Assembly: GCA_005889345.1 (NCBI GenBank)
Contig: VBFR01000183.1
Span: 1,315-65,314 of the forward strand
Direction: 5' to 3'
Length of the DNA: 64,000 nt
From: Chloroflexota bacterium
GTDB lineage: Bacteria; Chloroflexota; Dormibacteria; CF-121
Part shown: positions 46,370-55,958 of the stretch, in pieces
How the letters are laid out: each line of letters starts with the position of its first letter
Position numbering within the stretch: position 1 is the stretch's first letter
Program-made: the position numbers and the translations under genes
Notes under the pieces: generated by a model
Told to the model about the DNA's origin: nothing
Seen by the model: the letters and a program-made list of their open reading frames with translations, nothing else
Database searches by the model: none

Positions 46370-46795
46370 GTGCCGGTGTTGAAAACGATTCACGTGCTGG
46401 GCGCGATCTTCCTGCTGGGGGGCGTCAGCACGCACGTGTTACTGCGGCCGATGGCGGCGCGCGCGGCCGATGTCGCGCAGCACGCGCTCTACCAGTTCGC
46501 CTGGCGGGTGCAGCTGGCGCTCGTCTACACCGGCTCGGCGCTGGTGCTCATCACGGGTCTGCTGATGTGGATCGGCCGTTTCAAGCTCTTCACCGGCTGG
46601 CTCCTCCTCGGTTTCCTTCTCTATGTGGCGGCCGCCGGCCTGGATGGCGCCTTTCTGGCCCCCAACCTGCGGCGCGCGCGCGGTGCGACGGGGGAGGGAT
46701 CGGCCCCGGTGGCAGCAGCGGCAGTGACGATCCAGCTGGTCGCCTGGTTGCTGCTCGTCGTCGTCGTCTTCCTCATGGTCGCGCAGCCCTTCTAG
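46370..46795 (+). CDS. DUF2269-like four-TM protein
   Basis: LKTIHVLGA, LITGL, terminal LMVAQPF. Confidence 0.7.
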   Translation: MPVLKTIHVLGAIFLLGGVSTHVLLRPMAARAADVAQHALYQFAWRVQLALVYTGSALVLITGLLMWIGRFKLFTGWLLLGFLLYVAAAGLDGAFLAPNLRRARGATGEGSAPVAAAAVTIQLVAWLLLVVVVFLMVAQPF

Positions 46796-46799
46796 GCAC

Positions 46800-47387
46800 T
46801 TGGCGCCGCTCGGGCCGATCACGCTGACGGGGAGCCACATCCGATTGGAGCCGATGCGTCCTTCGCACGCGCCGGCCCTTCTCGAGGCCGGGCGCGATGA
46901 GGGCATCTGGACCTGGATGCCGGCCCGTCCGCTGACGGCGGAAACGATGGACCGTTGGCTCGAGAAGGCGATGCATGCCGAGTCCCAGGGTCGCGAGTAC
47001 CCCTTCGTTGTCGTCCGCCTCGTGGACAACCGGGTCATCGGCAGCACCCGGTACCTCGACGTCCAGGGGGACGATCGGACCGTCGAAATCGGCTGGACCT
47101 GGTATGCGCCGGATGCCTGGGGCGGCGTCGTCAATCCCGAGGCGAAGTACCTGCTCATGCGCCATGCCTTCGATGACTGGCACGCCATCCGGGTGGCGTT
47201 GAAGACCGATATCAACAACCTGCACTCCCAGGCGGCCATCAAGAAGCTTGGCGCCCGCTACGAGGGGACGCTTCGCAACCAGCGCATCCGTCCGGACGGG
47301 AGCTATCGCGATACGGTGATCTTCTCCGTGATCGAGAGTGAGTGGCCGGCGGTCAAGGCCGGGCTCGAAGAACGCTTGCGCGCCTAG
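46800..47387 (+). CDS. GNAT acetyltransferase, RimJ/RimL-like
   Basis: IGSTRY, VEIGWTW, N.EAKYL...HAF, N..SQ.AI.KLGA.YEG.LR. Confidence 0.9.
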   Translation: MAPLGPITLTGSHIRLEPMRPSHAPALLEAGRDEGIWTWMPARPLTAETMDRWLEKAMHAESQGREYPFVVVRLVDNRVIGSTRYLDVQGDDRTVEIGWTWYAPDAWGGVVNPEAKYLLMRHAFDDWHAIRVALKTDINNLHSQAAIKKLGARYEGTLRNQRIRPDGSYRDTVIFSVIESEWPAVKAGLEERLRA

Positions 47388-47899
47388 CTCTTCCCGCCGT
47401 TAAGGACGCGAAGGCCTGCTGGATTCTCTTTAGCTGGCGAATTTTCGGCCGCCATCTCGAGTGGCAGGGTCATCGTGGACGCACTCGCTTTTTCCCTCCT
47501 CCGCTTGCCGGGCCCGTCGGCCCACGCGAGCGGCGCTCGGGGCGTCGCCCCACGCGAGTGGCGCTTGAGTGCCACACGAGCGTTTGAGACGTTAGTGCCA
47601 GGCGAGCGTTTGAGACGTTCGGGGAGGGTCAGGGAGGGGGTTGCCTCAGCGGGAAGGTTCGGGCTGGGCGCTTCCTTGCGCCGCGTCCGATAGCCGCTGG
47701 CGACCTTGGCCGTCGCCGCCTGGGCGGCTGCGATCACCTCGGAAGCAGACACGTCCGGGTTGGCGAGCGCCTCCAGATCGAATGGGACCATTTCGCTGAC
47801 GCAAATCTGGCGCTGCGGGTCGATGATCACGACCGCGACAAAGGGCTCTTGACTTGTGATGCTCGGATGGATCTGTGACCACGGAATGACATTGCCCAT
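47384..47899 (-). CDS. Hypothetical protein carrying an in-frame repeat insertion
   Basis: Leaderless TAGGCT-N6-ATG; ends LRVLNGGKS; 47494-47640 is repeat-derived. Confidence 0.6.
   Translation of the reverse strand: MGNVIPWSQIHPSITSQEPFVAVVIIDPQRQICVSEMVPFDLEALANPDVSASEVIAAAQAATAKVASGYRTRRKEAPSPNLPAEATPSLTLPERLKRSPGTNVSNARVALKRHSRGATPRAPLAWADGPGKRRREKASASTMTLPLEMAAENSPAKENPAGLRVLNGGKS
47494..47640 (+). repeat. REP-like repeat, composite copy 2 (internally duplicated)
   Basis: CCCTCCTCCGCTTGCCGGG..[CCCACGCGAGYGGCGCT x2][AGTGCCANNCGAGCGTTTGAGACGTT x2]..GGGGAGGGTCAGGGAGGGGG. Confidence 0.8.
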
Positions 47900-47905
47900 G
47901 ACGGG

Positions 47906-47938
47906 AGCCTAACCCGCCGTTTTGACAGCTGTCTGTCG
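47906..47938 (-). promoter_or_regulatory. Regulated promoter with 23-bp motif, copy 1
   Basis: CGACAGACAGCTGTCAAAACGGC, giving TGTCAA-N10-TAGGCT-N6-ATG. Confidence 0.7.
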
Positions 47939-47943
47939 CAGCG

Positions 47944-50900
47944 TCAGCCGCTCGGGACTTCCTCTTCGACCTCGTCGCGGCTGGACCCGTTGGCCTGCGC
48001 CTCCTCAGCGGAGGCAGGAACGAGCGAGGGGCCAGGCAACCGGATGATGGTCCAGTCGTCGGCCTTCTCGGCGCGGTCGGCGAGCGCCTCGTCCTTCGAG
48101 AACAAGATCACCTGGTGGTCGAGGCGGCCGAGTTCGTTCATCGCCGCGGTCAGACGGCGCCGGTCGGCGTGAACCAGCGCTTCGTCCAGCAGCAGAGGCG
48201 GTGGCTCCGCGTTTCCGCCGATAATGCGCGCCAGCGCCAGCCGCTCGAGCAGGTAGATCAGGGAGCGCGTGCCCAGGCTGAGGTTGTCGACATCCTTATA
48301 AGTCCGCTGGTCCTGCGTGCGGACCTGCAACGCGAGGTCTTCGCCGATGCGCACATCGCGATAGCGGCCGTTCGTGATGGGGGAGAGCTGACCCTGGAGT
48401 TGCGACTTCAGCCTGGGGATCACGGCCCGCCGCACCGATTTCGCCGCGGCTTCGAGCGTTTCGATGGCGAGGTCGTAGGCGTGGGCCTCGGCCTCGAGCT
48501 CCTGCAGCTGTTCGCGGGCGGTTGCGATCTCCTCCTCGAGGGTGGCCACGTCCCCGATCTGGGTCAGCCGATCGTTCAGTAACTCCTCCGCCCGCGCCCG
48601 TTCCTCCTGGGCGCGCTCCTTCGTACCGCGGTGCTGGTCGCGCTGCCGTTCGAGCTCGGCGAGTGGCAACGCCGCGAATTGCGCCACCGCGGCAGGGTCC
48701 ACGCTCCGGCTGGTCTCCTCGAGCTGGCGCGTCAGGTCGTCGACGAGCTGTCGCAGCGACGCCCCTTCGTCGTTGGCAGCGGTCCCCCGTTGCGCTTCCA
48801 GCTCGGCGAGGCGAGCGCTCGATGCGCGGTAGGCCTCGGCATGACCGACGCCGGCCTCCCAGGCCTGGGATGCGCGCTCCATGTCGGTGTCGTCGATGCC
48901 GGCCGGCGTGTAGATGGCCGCGAGCTGACGAGCGTAGTCATCGGCTTTGGTGCGCTCGGCGACCGAGCGCTGTCCCGGCGCCCGGAGTTGCTCCAATTGC
49001 GCGTCGAGCTGCTCGATCCGGGTGCGGACCTGCTGGGCGGTGCGCGCGGCCTCGCAACTCGCGATGAAGTCGCGGGCGGCACCGAGCGCCTCCCGCCGGT
49101 CGAAGCCCAGCTGGTCGAGCAGGCTGTGCAGCCGCTGCCGAAGCGACTCGCGTCGCTGGTCCAGCTCGGATTCGGCACGGGACGCATCCTGTGACCGCTC
49201 GCTGGCGGCGTTCCAGGCGAGCGTGTCCTGGGCGAGCGACTCGATCTCACGCGCCGTCTCGTCGACGGCCTCTTCGGTGGGCGCGGGCTGCGGAAGTCCC
49301 CACGACCCGACCAGCTCGCGAAGGCTGCGACCCGCAATCTGGGCCCGCTCCTCCAGCTCGGTAGCCTGGCGGTCGAGTTCGAGACGGGTGGCGTCGTAGC
49401 GCACCTTCTGCAGGTGCTCGACCAGGGCCTGCTGGAGTTCCGCTGAGCTTCGCACCCCCCACGGCTGCAGGATCTCGCGCCGTTTGATGCGAGCCTCGTC
49501 TTTCGCCCGCAAGCGGCGGTCGACCTCACGAACCGCGGCCCCACGGACCCAGATGCCGATGCCCGTCGAGAGGACCCCCATGCCGAGCAGGAAGAACGCG
49601 GCGCCGGCCAGCAGAATCGTGCCGTTGCTCTGGAGCGCGAGGAAGGCGACCAGGATCGCGAGTGCTGTCAGCAGAAGGCCGCCCAGCATCGCGCCGAGGA
49701 AGGTGCGCTGCCGGCTGCGAGCCCGCTCCGCCATCGCTTCCTCGCGTCGCATCGCCTCCTCGGCTTGCTGGCCGGTCTTGATGACGTCGGGGACTTCCTT
49801 GTAGCGGGCGATGTCGTGCTTGAGCTGCTCGAGGCGTGGTGGGAGCTCGGCGCCGGCGCGGCGGCGTGCCTCGAGGGCGACGTTGTGGCGCTCCCGCCAT
49901 TCGGAGAAGACGCGCTGGAACTCCATCTGGCGCGCGGGCCAGTCCAGGTTGTTGCCGATCAGGCCCGGGTGCCGCTCCGCGATCCGGCGAGCCTCCTCCG
50001 CCGCGGTCTGGGCGCGGAGGTGGACGTCGGGCGCCTGGGTATCGGCGACATTCAGGGTGGAGAGAAGCTCACGAACCGTGGGTTCCTGGGCGAGGGCGGC
50101 GTCGTCGATGCCACGGGCTCGCGTTTCGTGCCCCTGTGCCTCCGTTTCCAGCTTCTGGCGCTCGGCGTCCAGCTGCTGCACCTGGGCCGTGCTGTCGGTG
50201 GCGCGACGTTCGAAGTCGGCCTGGGTCTCGCGAGTAGCCCGCAGGTGGCTCCGCAGGTCCTGAACCTCTGCCTGGCGGTCGAGCGGGAACATCGCGAATC
50301 GGGTGTGCTGCTCCTGCCGGCCGCGTTCCTCCGCGATCGCCTGCTCCAATGCGTCGACCCGCTCCAGCCGGTGACGCGCATCCTGCAGCCGGGATGCCAG
50401 CAGGGCGGCCTCGAGCGTTTGGACGATGCCCAGCTCGGCTTCGGTGAGCGCCGAAACGGTCTCCCGCTTCTGGGCGAGCTCATCGACCGCGGCGCGAGCC
50501 TGCCGCGCGGCGGCGAGCTGTCGCTCCAGCTCTGTCAGGCGAGCCTCGAGATCGTGCAACGGGCCGGTCCGCCCGCGTGGTTTGCCGATTCGATGGGTCC
50601 GTTCCTGGCGCAACCGGTCGAGAACCTTCTGCGCGGTACGGTCGGGATGCGCCGAATCCGCAAGGGCGATGATCGCCTCCTTGATGGTGCCGGCGTCTTC
50701 CAGGCGCAGCACCTCGCTGCGCGAAATGCACGCGGTGTTGGTATAGATATCGCGGCTGACGCCGAGCAGCTGCCGTCCCACCTGCAATCCGCCCGACGCA
50801 TCGTGGTCGAAGCGGTCGCCGAGCTCGGCACCGGTGCTGATGTCGAAGACGCGAACCGTCTCGGCGTCCAGATCGCGCTCCACGCGGAGCTGCGTCCCGT

Positions 50901-51153
50901 CCTCGAGCACGACGTCGAGGACCAGCCCGAAGTTGCCGCCCTGCCACGGGCGCCAGCGGTCGGCGCGCTCCACCAGCGCCGAATGGGCGCGATCGGCGGA
51001 CTGCAGTCCATAGAGGCCGGTCACGATGGCCTCCTGCAGCGTCGACTTGCCGGCCTCATTGGGTCCGACGACGAGGTTCATCGTCGGCCCGAAGTGCAGC
51101 TCCATGCCGGAAAGCGTGCCGAAGCCCTCGATCTCGATCCGGGTTAAGCGCAC
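47944..51153 (-). CDS. Rad50/SbcC-like ATPase (YhaN-like) with central TM segments
   Basis: IEGFG, GPNEAGKST, long coiled coil, LSLGT signature, LLLDE. Confidence 0.9.
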   Translation of the reverse strand: MRLTRIEIEGFGTLSGMELHFGPTMNLVVGPNEAGKSTLQEAIVTGLYGLQSADRAHSALVERADRWRPWQGGNFGLVLDVVLEDGTQLRVERDLDAETVRVFDISTGAELGDRFDHDASGGLQVGRQLLGVSRDIYTNTACISRSEVLRLEDAGTIKEAIIALADSAHPDRTAQKVLDRLRQERTHRIGKPRGRTGPLHDLEARLTELERQLAAARQARAAVDELAQKRETVSALTEAELGIVQTLEAALLASRLQDARHRLERVDALEQAIAEERGRQEQHTRFAMFPLDRQAEVQDLRSHLRATRETQADFERRATDSTAQVQQLDAERQKLETEAQGHETRARGIDDAALAQEPTVRELLSTLNVADTQAPDVHLRAQTAAEEARRIAERHPGLIGNNLDWPARQMEFQRVFSEWRERHNVALEARRRAGAELPPRLEQLKHDIARYKEVPDVIKTGQQAEEAMRREEAMAERARSRQRTFLGAMLGGLLLTALAILVAFLALQSNGTILLAGAAFFLLGMGVLSTGIGIWVRGAAVREVDRRLRAKDEARIKRREILQPWGVRSSAELQQALVEHLQKVRYDATRLELDRQATELEERAQIAGRSLRELVGSWGLPQPAPTEEAVDETAREIESLAQDTLAWNAASERSQDASRAESELDQRRESLRQRLHSLLDQLGFDRREALGAARDFIASCEAARTAQQVRTRIEQLDAQLEQLRAPGQRSVAERTKADDYARQLAAIYTPAGIDDTDMERASQAWEAGVGHAEAYRASSARLAELEAQRGTAANDEGASLRQLVDDLTRQLEETSRSVDPAAVAQFAALPLAELERQRDQHRGTKERAQEERARAEELLNDRLTQIGDVATLEEEIATAREQLQELEAEAHAYDLAIETLEAAAKSVRRAVIPRLKSQLQGQLSPITNGRYRDVRIGEDLALQVRTQDQRTYKDVDNLSLGTRSLIYLLERLALARIIGGNAEPPPLLLDEALVHADRRRLTAAMNELGRLDHQVILFSKDEALADRAEKADDWTIIRLPGPSLVPASAEEAQANGSSRDEVEEEVPSG

Positions 51154-51183
51154 GCTGGCCTCACCACGGCCGCCAGGCTGGCG

Positions 51184-52278
51184 TCATTCCTCGAAGGCAT
51201 CGAGGGCGAGCTGCAACGCGCGGCCGACCGCCTGCTCCTCCTGGCGCGACCCCTGCTTGTGGTCAACCAGCTTGCGCACCATTTCGCCCCGACTGGTGAA
51301 CTCCTGCGCGGCGGCCTCGAGGTCGTGCGACACGCGCGACTGGTCGCGAAACTCGAGATAGGCGAAGCCATCACTGCACTCCCGCGAGAGCACCTGCGGA
51401 TCCAGGATCAGCGAATGGGCGCGCTCGCCGGTCAGCGTGGCACGGATGACGGCGCCATCGAGGTGTTTCTCCTCGCGCATCGCTTCGACCGCGTCGCGAA
51501 CGTGATCGATGCTCGTCATGCCGCTGACGTCGATCGTTTCCTGGGCGAACTGCCGCTGGTTGATGTCTTCCAGCAACACCTGGAGGCCGCCATCGTCGCC
51601 GATCGTCAGCAGCGCCGTGCAATGACGTCCGGATTCATTCCACCCGAGCGGCTCCGGGCTGCCGGGATAGGTGATCGACTCCGACCTCCGGGCGTCGTGA
51701 TAGTGGCCGAGCAGCGCGTGACGGAAGCCGGCCTCCTGGACCTGGGCGGGCAGGATGGGCTTGTAGGGGGTCACGTCCTGCGGGACCTGGCTCATGTCCG
51801 AGGCATGGAGCAGGAGGAGGTGCGTGCCGTCCTCGCGCCGGGCGAAATCACGCAGCGGCGCCTCCGGCACGTCCGATCGCATGAAACCCGCGGTCCAGAT
51901 CTCGACGTTCGCATAGCGGTAGGGTCGCAGATCCTCGTGCGTCGCGACCGTGACATTGTCAGGCCAGCGCAGGTATCGGTATGGTGAGCTCGGCACGGCC
52001 GGATCGGCGTGGCCGGGGGCGATCAGGACCGGGAGCCCGGCGTCGCCCAGGGTCTGGACGATGAAGCTTGCAGTGTCGCGCGTGACGTGATCGTGCTCAA
52101 AGAGATCGCCACCGCAGGTGAGCACGTCGGCCTGAGCCTCCCGAGCGCGTTCGACGATCCGTTGAAGGGCCGCCCGAAGATCCTCGCGGCGTCGTTGGGC
52201 GCCGACGCCATAGAGGCGCTCACTCGCGAAGGATCGATCGAGATGCAGGTCAGCGAAATGGAGCAGGCGAAGGGCCAC
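51184..52278 (-). CDS. Mre11/SbcD-like metallophosphoesterase (YhaO-like)
   Basis: HFADLHL, GGDLF, PGHAD (for GNHD), LGHYH, YPGSPE. Confidence 0.9.
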   Translation of the reverse strand: MALRLLHFADLHLDRSFASERLYGVGAQRRREDLRAALQRIVERAREAQADVLTCGGDLFEHDHVTRDTASFIVQTLGDAGLPVLIAPGHADPAVPSSPYRYLRWPDNVTVATHEDLRPYRYANVEIWTAGFMRSDVPEAPLRDFARREDGTHLLLLHASDMSQVPQDVTPYKPILPAQVQEAGFRHALLGHYHDARRSESITYPGSPEPLGWNESGRHCTALLTIGDDGGLQVLLEDINQRQFAQETIDVSGMTSIDHVRDAVEAMREEKHLDGAVIRATLTGERAHSLILDPQVLSRECSDGFAYLEFRDQSRVSHDLEAAAQEFTSRGEMVRKLVDHKQGSRQEEQAVGRALQLALDAFEE

Positions 52279-52416
52279 AAATCCCCCGTAACCACGCGAA
52301 TTGTGCCTGGCGCGATGGCATAAGCAGCGCGAAAGCAGCGCCCATTATAAAGGTTGCGCTGAATTTGTTCCGAATCAGCCGGCGCCGCGATAACAGCATC
52401 TAGACTGAGGGACGAA

Positions 52417-53379
52417 GTGGGCTCGTTCGAGAAGGGGGATCGCGGGGCCCGGATCCTCAAGATCCAGACGCTGCTCCAGGGCAATCCCCACGGTTTGACG
52501 ACCGGCGAGATCGCGCGCCGCAGCGGCGTGAATCCGCGCACCACCTATCGCGACATTCGGGCGCTCGAAGCGATGAACGTGCCGGTCTACGAGGACAACG
52601 GCCGGATCGCGATCGACCCGAACTACTTCGTAGCGCCGGTCAAGTTCACCTTGCGCGAGGCGATGGCGCTCCTCATGGGCGTTCGCCTGATGCACCGGCA
52701 TCGCGACCAGGCGGATCCGGACGTCGCCGACGCCTTCACCAAGCTGGCGGCGGTCCTGCCCGCGCCGGTCGCGGAGTACGTGCACGCCACGGTTCGTCAG
52801 ATGGCCGATCGTCCGTCCAACCCGACGTACTCGCGCGTCCTCCAGACGGTCGCGCTCAGCTGGGCGGGGCACAGGGCGGTGCGCATCTGGTACCCGAGCG
52901 CGAACCACGAGGTGAAGCCGCGCGAGATCGAACCGTATTTTCTCGAGCCCTCGCTGATCGGGCACAGCAGCTACGTGGTGGCGCGCGATCGCGGACTGCG
53001 GGAGATGCGGACCTTCAAGCTGGAACGGATCACGCGGGCCGAGCCAATGTCCGAGACCTATCAGATCCCGCCTGAGTTCGAGGTCAACAAGTACCTGGCC
53101 GGAGCCTGGGGCATCTACCACTCCGGCGAGCCGGTAGAGGTCAGACTGCGCTTCTATCCACCGGCGGCGGCTCGCGTGAAGGAATCGATCTGGCATCCAT
53201 CGCAGAAGCTCAGCGATGGGCCGAGGGGCTCGGTCAACATGACGGTGACGGTAACCGGGACGCTCGAGATCACCCCGTGGATCCTGGGGTGGGGCGACGC
53301 CGTCGAAGTGCTGGCGCCCGCGGACCTGCGCAAGAAGATCAACGAGGTGGGCACGAAAATGGCCTCCCGCAACAAGTAA
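52417..53379 (+). CDS. HTH-WYL-WCX transcriptional regulator (PafB/PafC/DriD/YafY-like)
   Basis: RTTYRDI..L, REIEPY, YVVA, RTFKLERI, WILGWG..VEVL.P..LR. Confidence 0.93.
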   Translation: MGSFEKGDRGARILKIQTLLQGNPHGLTTGEIARRSGVNPRTTYRDIRALEAMNVPVYEDNGRIAIDPNYFVAPVKFTLREAMALLMGVRLMHRHRDQADPDVADAFTKLAAVLPAPVAEYVHATVRQMADRPSNPTYSRVLQTVALSWAGHRAVRIWYPSANHEVKPREIEPYFLEPSLIGHSSYVVARDRGLREMRTFKLERITRAEPMSETYQIPPEFEVNKYLAGAWGIYHSGEPVEVRLRFYPPAAARVKESIWHPSQKLSDGPRGSVNMTVTVTGTLEITPWILGWGDAVEVLAPADLRKKINEVGTKMASRNK

Positions 53380-53385
53380 TTCGTT

Positions 53386-53420
53386 CCCTCCCCCGCTTGC
53401 GGGGGAGGGTAGGGTGGGGG
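53386..53420 (+). repeat. REP-like repeat, minimal copy
   Basis: CCCTCCCCCGCTTGCGGGGGAGGGTAGGGTGGGGG hairpin. Confidence 0.75.
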
Positions 53421-53440
53421 CATAAAACAGGAGGGACGAA

Positions 53441-53806
53441 ATGAGCGTTTATCAGGTAGTCGCGAAATTGAAGCCCACGAAGATCTGGGAGGGGGTGCTC
53501 GGCCGCGTGGTCAACGGAGAACGGCTCACGATCGGGTTCGTCGACATCGACCCCAACGCGCAGGTTCCGGAACACCGGCACGAGAACGAGCAGGTCGGAT
53601 TCGTCCTCCGCGGTTCGGTGACCATGGTGGTCGACGGTAACGCGCGCGAGCTACGGGTGGGGGAGACCTATACGATCGCCAGCCAGCTTCCCCATTCGGC
53701 GAAGGCTGGGGGGGACGGCGTGTCAGTTGTTGACGTCTTCGCGCCGGTTCGCCAGGACTGGAAGGACAAGCCGACCGTCGAGCCGTTTCCCGGACGCTGG
53801 CCCTGA
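53441..53806 (+). CDS. Cupin domain protein
   Basis: PEHRHENEQ.GFVL.G, PHS, DVF.P.R.D. Confidence 0.88.
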   Translation: MSVYQVVAKLKPTKIWEGVLGRVVNGERLTIGFVDIDPNAQVPEHRHENEQVGFVLRGSVTMVVDGNARELRVGETYTIASQLPHSAKAGGDGVSVVDVFAPVRQDWKDKPTVEPFPGRWP

Positions 53807-53807
53807 G

Positions 53808-54599
53808 TTAGAACAGGCCCCGATACTCTCCGCCGTCGACCGCCAGCGTCGTTCCGGTGATGAAGCTGGCCGCGTCGCCAGCCAGGAAGACGACCGCGGC
53901 CGCCAGCTCGTCAGGCCGTCCATGGCGGCCCAGCGGGATGTTGCGGATGCTGCGCGCCGTGTACTCCCCGGGGTCGACGCCGAGCGTGATCGCCTGGTGG
54001 CGGTTCTCCTCCCGGATGCGGTCGGTCTCGAAGCGGCCGGTGAGGATGGAGTTCACCCGAACCTCGGGGGCGGCCTCCTTCGCCAGGGTCTTTCCCATGG
54101 CAACCACGGCCGGCCGCAGCGCGTTCGAGAGCACGAGGTTGTCGACCGGCTGATGCGCCGCGATCGAGGTGAGATTGACGACGGCGCCTCCATCACGCCG
54201 CAGCGCCGGCAGGGAGGCGCGCGTCAGGCGAACGGCGCTCATGAACACCAGGTTGAAGGCCTCCGCCCACGCCTGGTCGTCGAGTTCCGCCACGGTCCCG
54301 AGGATGGGCCCGCGCGTGTTGTTGACGAGCACCTCGAGGCCGCCGAGCGTTTCGACCGCCCATTCGACGAGGTCGCTGCACTGGTCGGGTTGGCGGACAT
54401 CGGCGACCCGCGCGACGACGTCATAGCCCTCGTCGCGCAGCGTCTTCGCTGCGGCTCGGATGCGCTGCTCATCGCTCGAGGAAATGGCCACGCGACAGCC
54501 CTCCGCGGCGAGCGCCCGCGCCGAAGCGAACCCGAGGCCCCGACTGGCCGCGGTCACCAGCGCGCGTCGTCCGCGAAGTCCGGTTTCCACCGGGGACAT
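53808..54599 (-). CDS. SDR family oxidoreductase
   Basis: ALVTAASRGLG, LVNN, IPLGRHG.P.E, ITGT.LAVDGG. Confidence 0.9.
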   Translation of the reverse strand: MSPVETGLRGRRALVTAASRGLGFASARALAAEGCRVAISSSDEQRIRAAAKTLRDEGYDVVARVADVRQPDQCSDLVEWAVETLGGLEVLVNNTRGPILGTVAELDDQAWAEAFNLVFMSAVRLTRASLPALRRDGGAVVNLTSIAAHQPVDNLVLSNALRPAVVAMGKTLAKEAAPEVRVNSILTGRFETDRIREENRHQAITLGVDPGEYTARSIRNIPLGRHGRPDELAAAVVFLAGDAASFITGTTLAVDGGEYRGLF

Positions 54600-54624
54600 A
54601 CTAGGAGCGGCGCGATGCCCTAGG

Positions 54625-54834
54625 CTAGGCGGCGAGACGCGGTTGCTTGCCGCAGGCGGGGCACGGCGTTCCCGCCTTGAGTTCGGCCCGCTTGAAGGCG
54701 TGTCCGCCGCAATGCGGGCAGAGCGCGCCGGGACGGAGGGGAGCGGCTTGCTCCGCCTTCTGCATGCGCTCACGGAGATGACTGTCGTCTTCTTTCTCGA
54801 TGAAGCGCGGATCGGTAGGCGTCTGGGTGCTCAT
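54625..54834 (-). CDS. Small Zn-ribbon protein (69 aa)
   Basis: CPHCG...CPACG; ATGA overlap with the UDG-like gene. Confidence 0.7.
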   Translation of the reverse strand: MSTQTPTDPRFIEKEDDSHLRERMQKAEQAAPLRPGALCPHCGGHAFKRAELKAGTPCPACGKQPRLAA

Positions 54835-55577
54835 GCGGCCTTCAGCTCGTGTGGCTGGAACTGCTCCGGCCGCAGCCGGTCGCCGATGGCACGGCCGATG
54901 ACTTCCGGATGGAGCTCGACGCCGCGCTGGAAGGGGTGGACGCTCAGGATCGCGGGCACGGTTCGGTCGCCCAGCTTCACGTCGAGCACCCGGCCGTGCA
55001 AGGTGGTCATCCGACCCCAGCCATCCCAGGTTTGAATCGTCCGCCACCAGAGATGGCGGGCGACCGGACCGCCCATGGCGACGACCAGCTGCGGGTTGAT
55101 GCTCGCGAGCAGGCTCTGCAGGTGGCGGTCGACACACTGGTTGACGGCGTCATCGATAACCAGGTCCGGGTTTGCCGTGGGGCAACGGACGGCCCAGGTA
55201 TGGAAGGCGAGGTCCATGACGTCGTGCTTCTCCGGTTTCTGCCCGAGCCGGCGGCGCGCGTTGAGCAGCACCGCCCGTACGAATTGGTAGTAAGGCTGCG
55301 GCGTGTCCGATGTCATGTGGTGCTCGAGTCCGGATTCGTGATCGAGCCACTCGCTGAAGGCCTCGTTGCTGGCGCTGGCGGCATCCAATGGGCTGGGGCT
55401 GATGAACACGATGGGCGCCTGCGGGTTCCCGAACCCGATCTCCGGCCGGCGCAGCGGCTCAGCCAGTCCAGCGCAGGGGCTGTCGGCGCCCCGGTCCGCC
55501 TCGGCGATTGCGCAGCCGTGCAGCCGCTTGAGCGCGTCCGAGCCGAAGAACTGCAGGTACTGCTGGCCCTTGCTCAC
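54831..55577 (-). CDS. Uracil-DNA glycosylase-like superfamily protein (divergent)
   Basis: GNPQAPIVFISPSP, AVRCPT, PQLVVAMGG, SVHP. Confidence 0.65.
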   Translation of the reverse strand: MSKGQQYLQFFGSDALKRLHGCAIAEADRGADSPCAGLAEPLRRPEIGFGNPQAPIVFISPSPLDAASASNEAFSEWLDHESGLEHHMTSDTPQPYYQFVRAVLLNARRRLGQKPEKHDVMDLAFHTWAVRCPTANPDLVIDDAVNQCVDRHLQSLLASINPQLVVAMGGPVARHLWWRTIQTWDGWGRMTTLHGRVLDVKLGDRTVPAILSVHPFQRGVELHPEVIGRAIGDRLRPEQFQPHELKAA

Positions 55578-55637
55578 GCTGTGAAAACGACGCGCGGTGG
55601 CCGGTGAAGCTTGCGCCCCGGCGGCTAAGATTTCTCG

Positions 55638-55958
55638 GTGGCCCAGGTTCCCGGGATCGACGTCAGCCAGCTCCGGCAACGACTCAAGGCCGAGCCGGCG
55701 CCCTTCTTACTGGACGTCCGCGAGCCGTGGGAATATCAGGAGGCTCACGTGCCGGGCGCGCAATTGATCCCGCTCGGGGAGCTGGAGCAACGCGTGAACG
55801 AAGTGCCACGGGATCGCCCGATCCTGGCCATTTGCCATAGCGGCCAGCGGAGCCTCGCCGCGGCCGGCTACCTCCAGCAACTCGGCTACACCTCGGTCAG
55901 CAACGTCGACGGCGGCACTGCCGCCTGGATCGAACGAGGCTTCCCCGTAGACAAATAG
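55638..55958 (+). CDS. Rhodanese-like sulfurtransferase
   Basis: LDVREPWEY...HVPGA, CHSGQRS, GG..AW. Confidence 0.9.
   Translation: MAQVPGIDVSQLRQRLKAEPAPFLLDVREPWEYQEAHVPGAQLIPLGELEQRVNEVPRDRPILAICHSGQRSLAAAGYLQQLGYTSVSNVDGGTAAWIERGFPVDK

Noticed and set aside
47520..47620. Mini CRISPR array (CGAGCGTTTGAGACGTT repeats)
   Set aside because: Only two adjacent copies without unique spacers; part of the composite repeat
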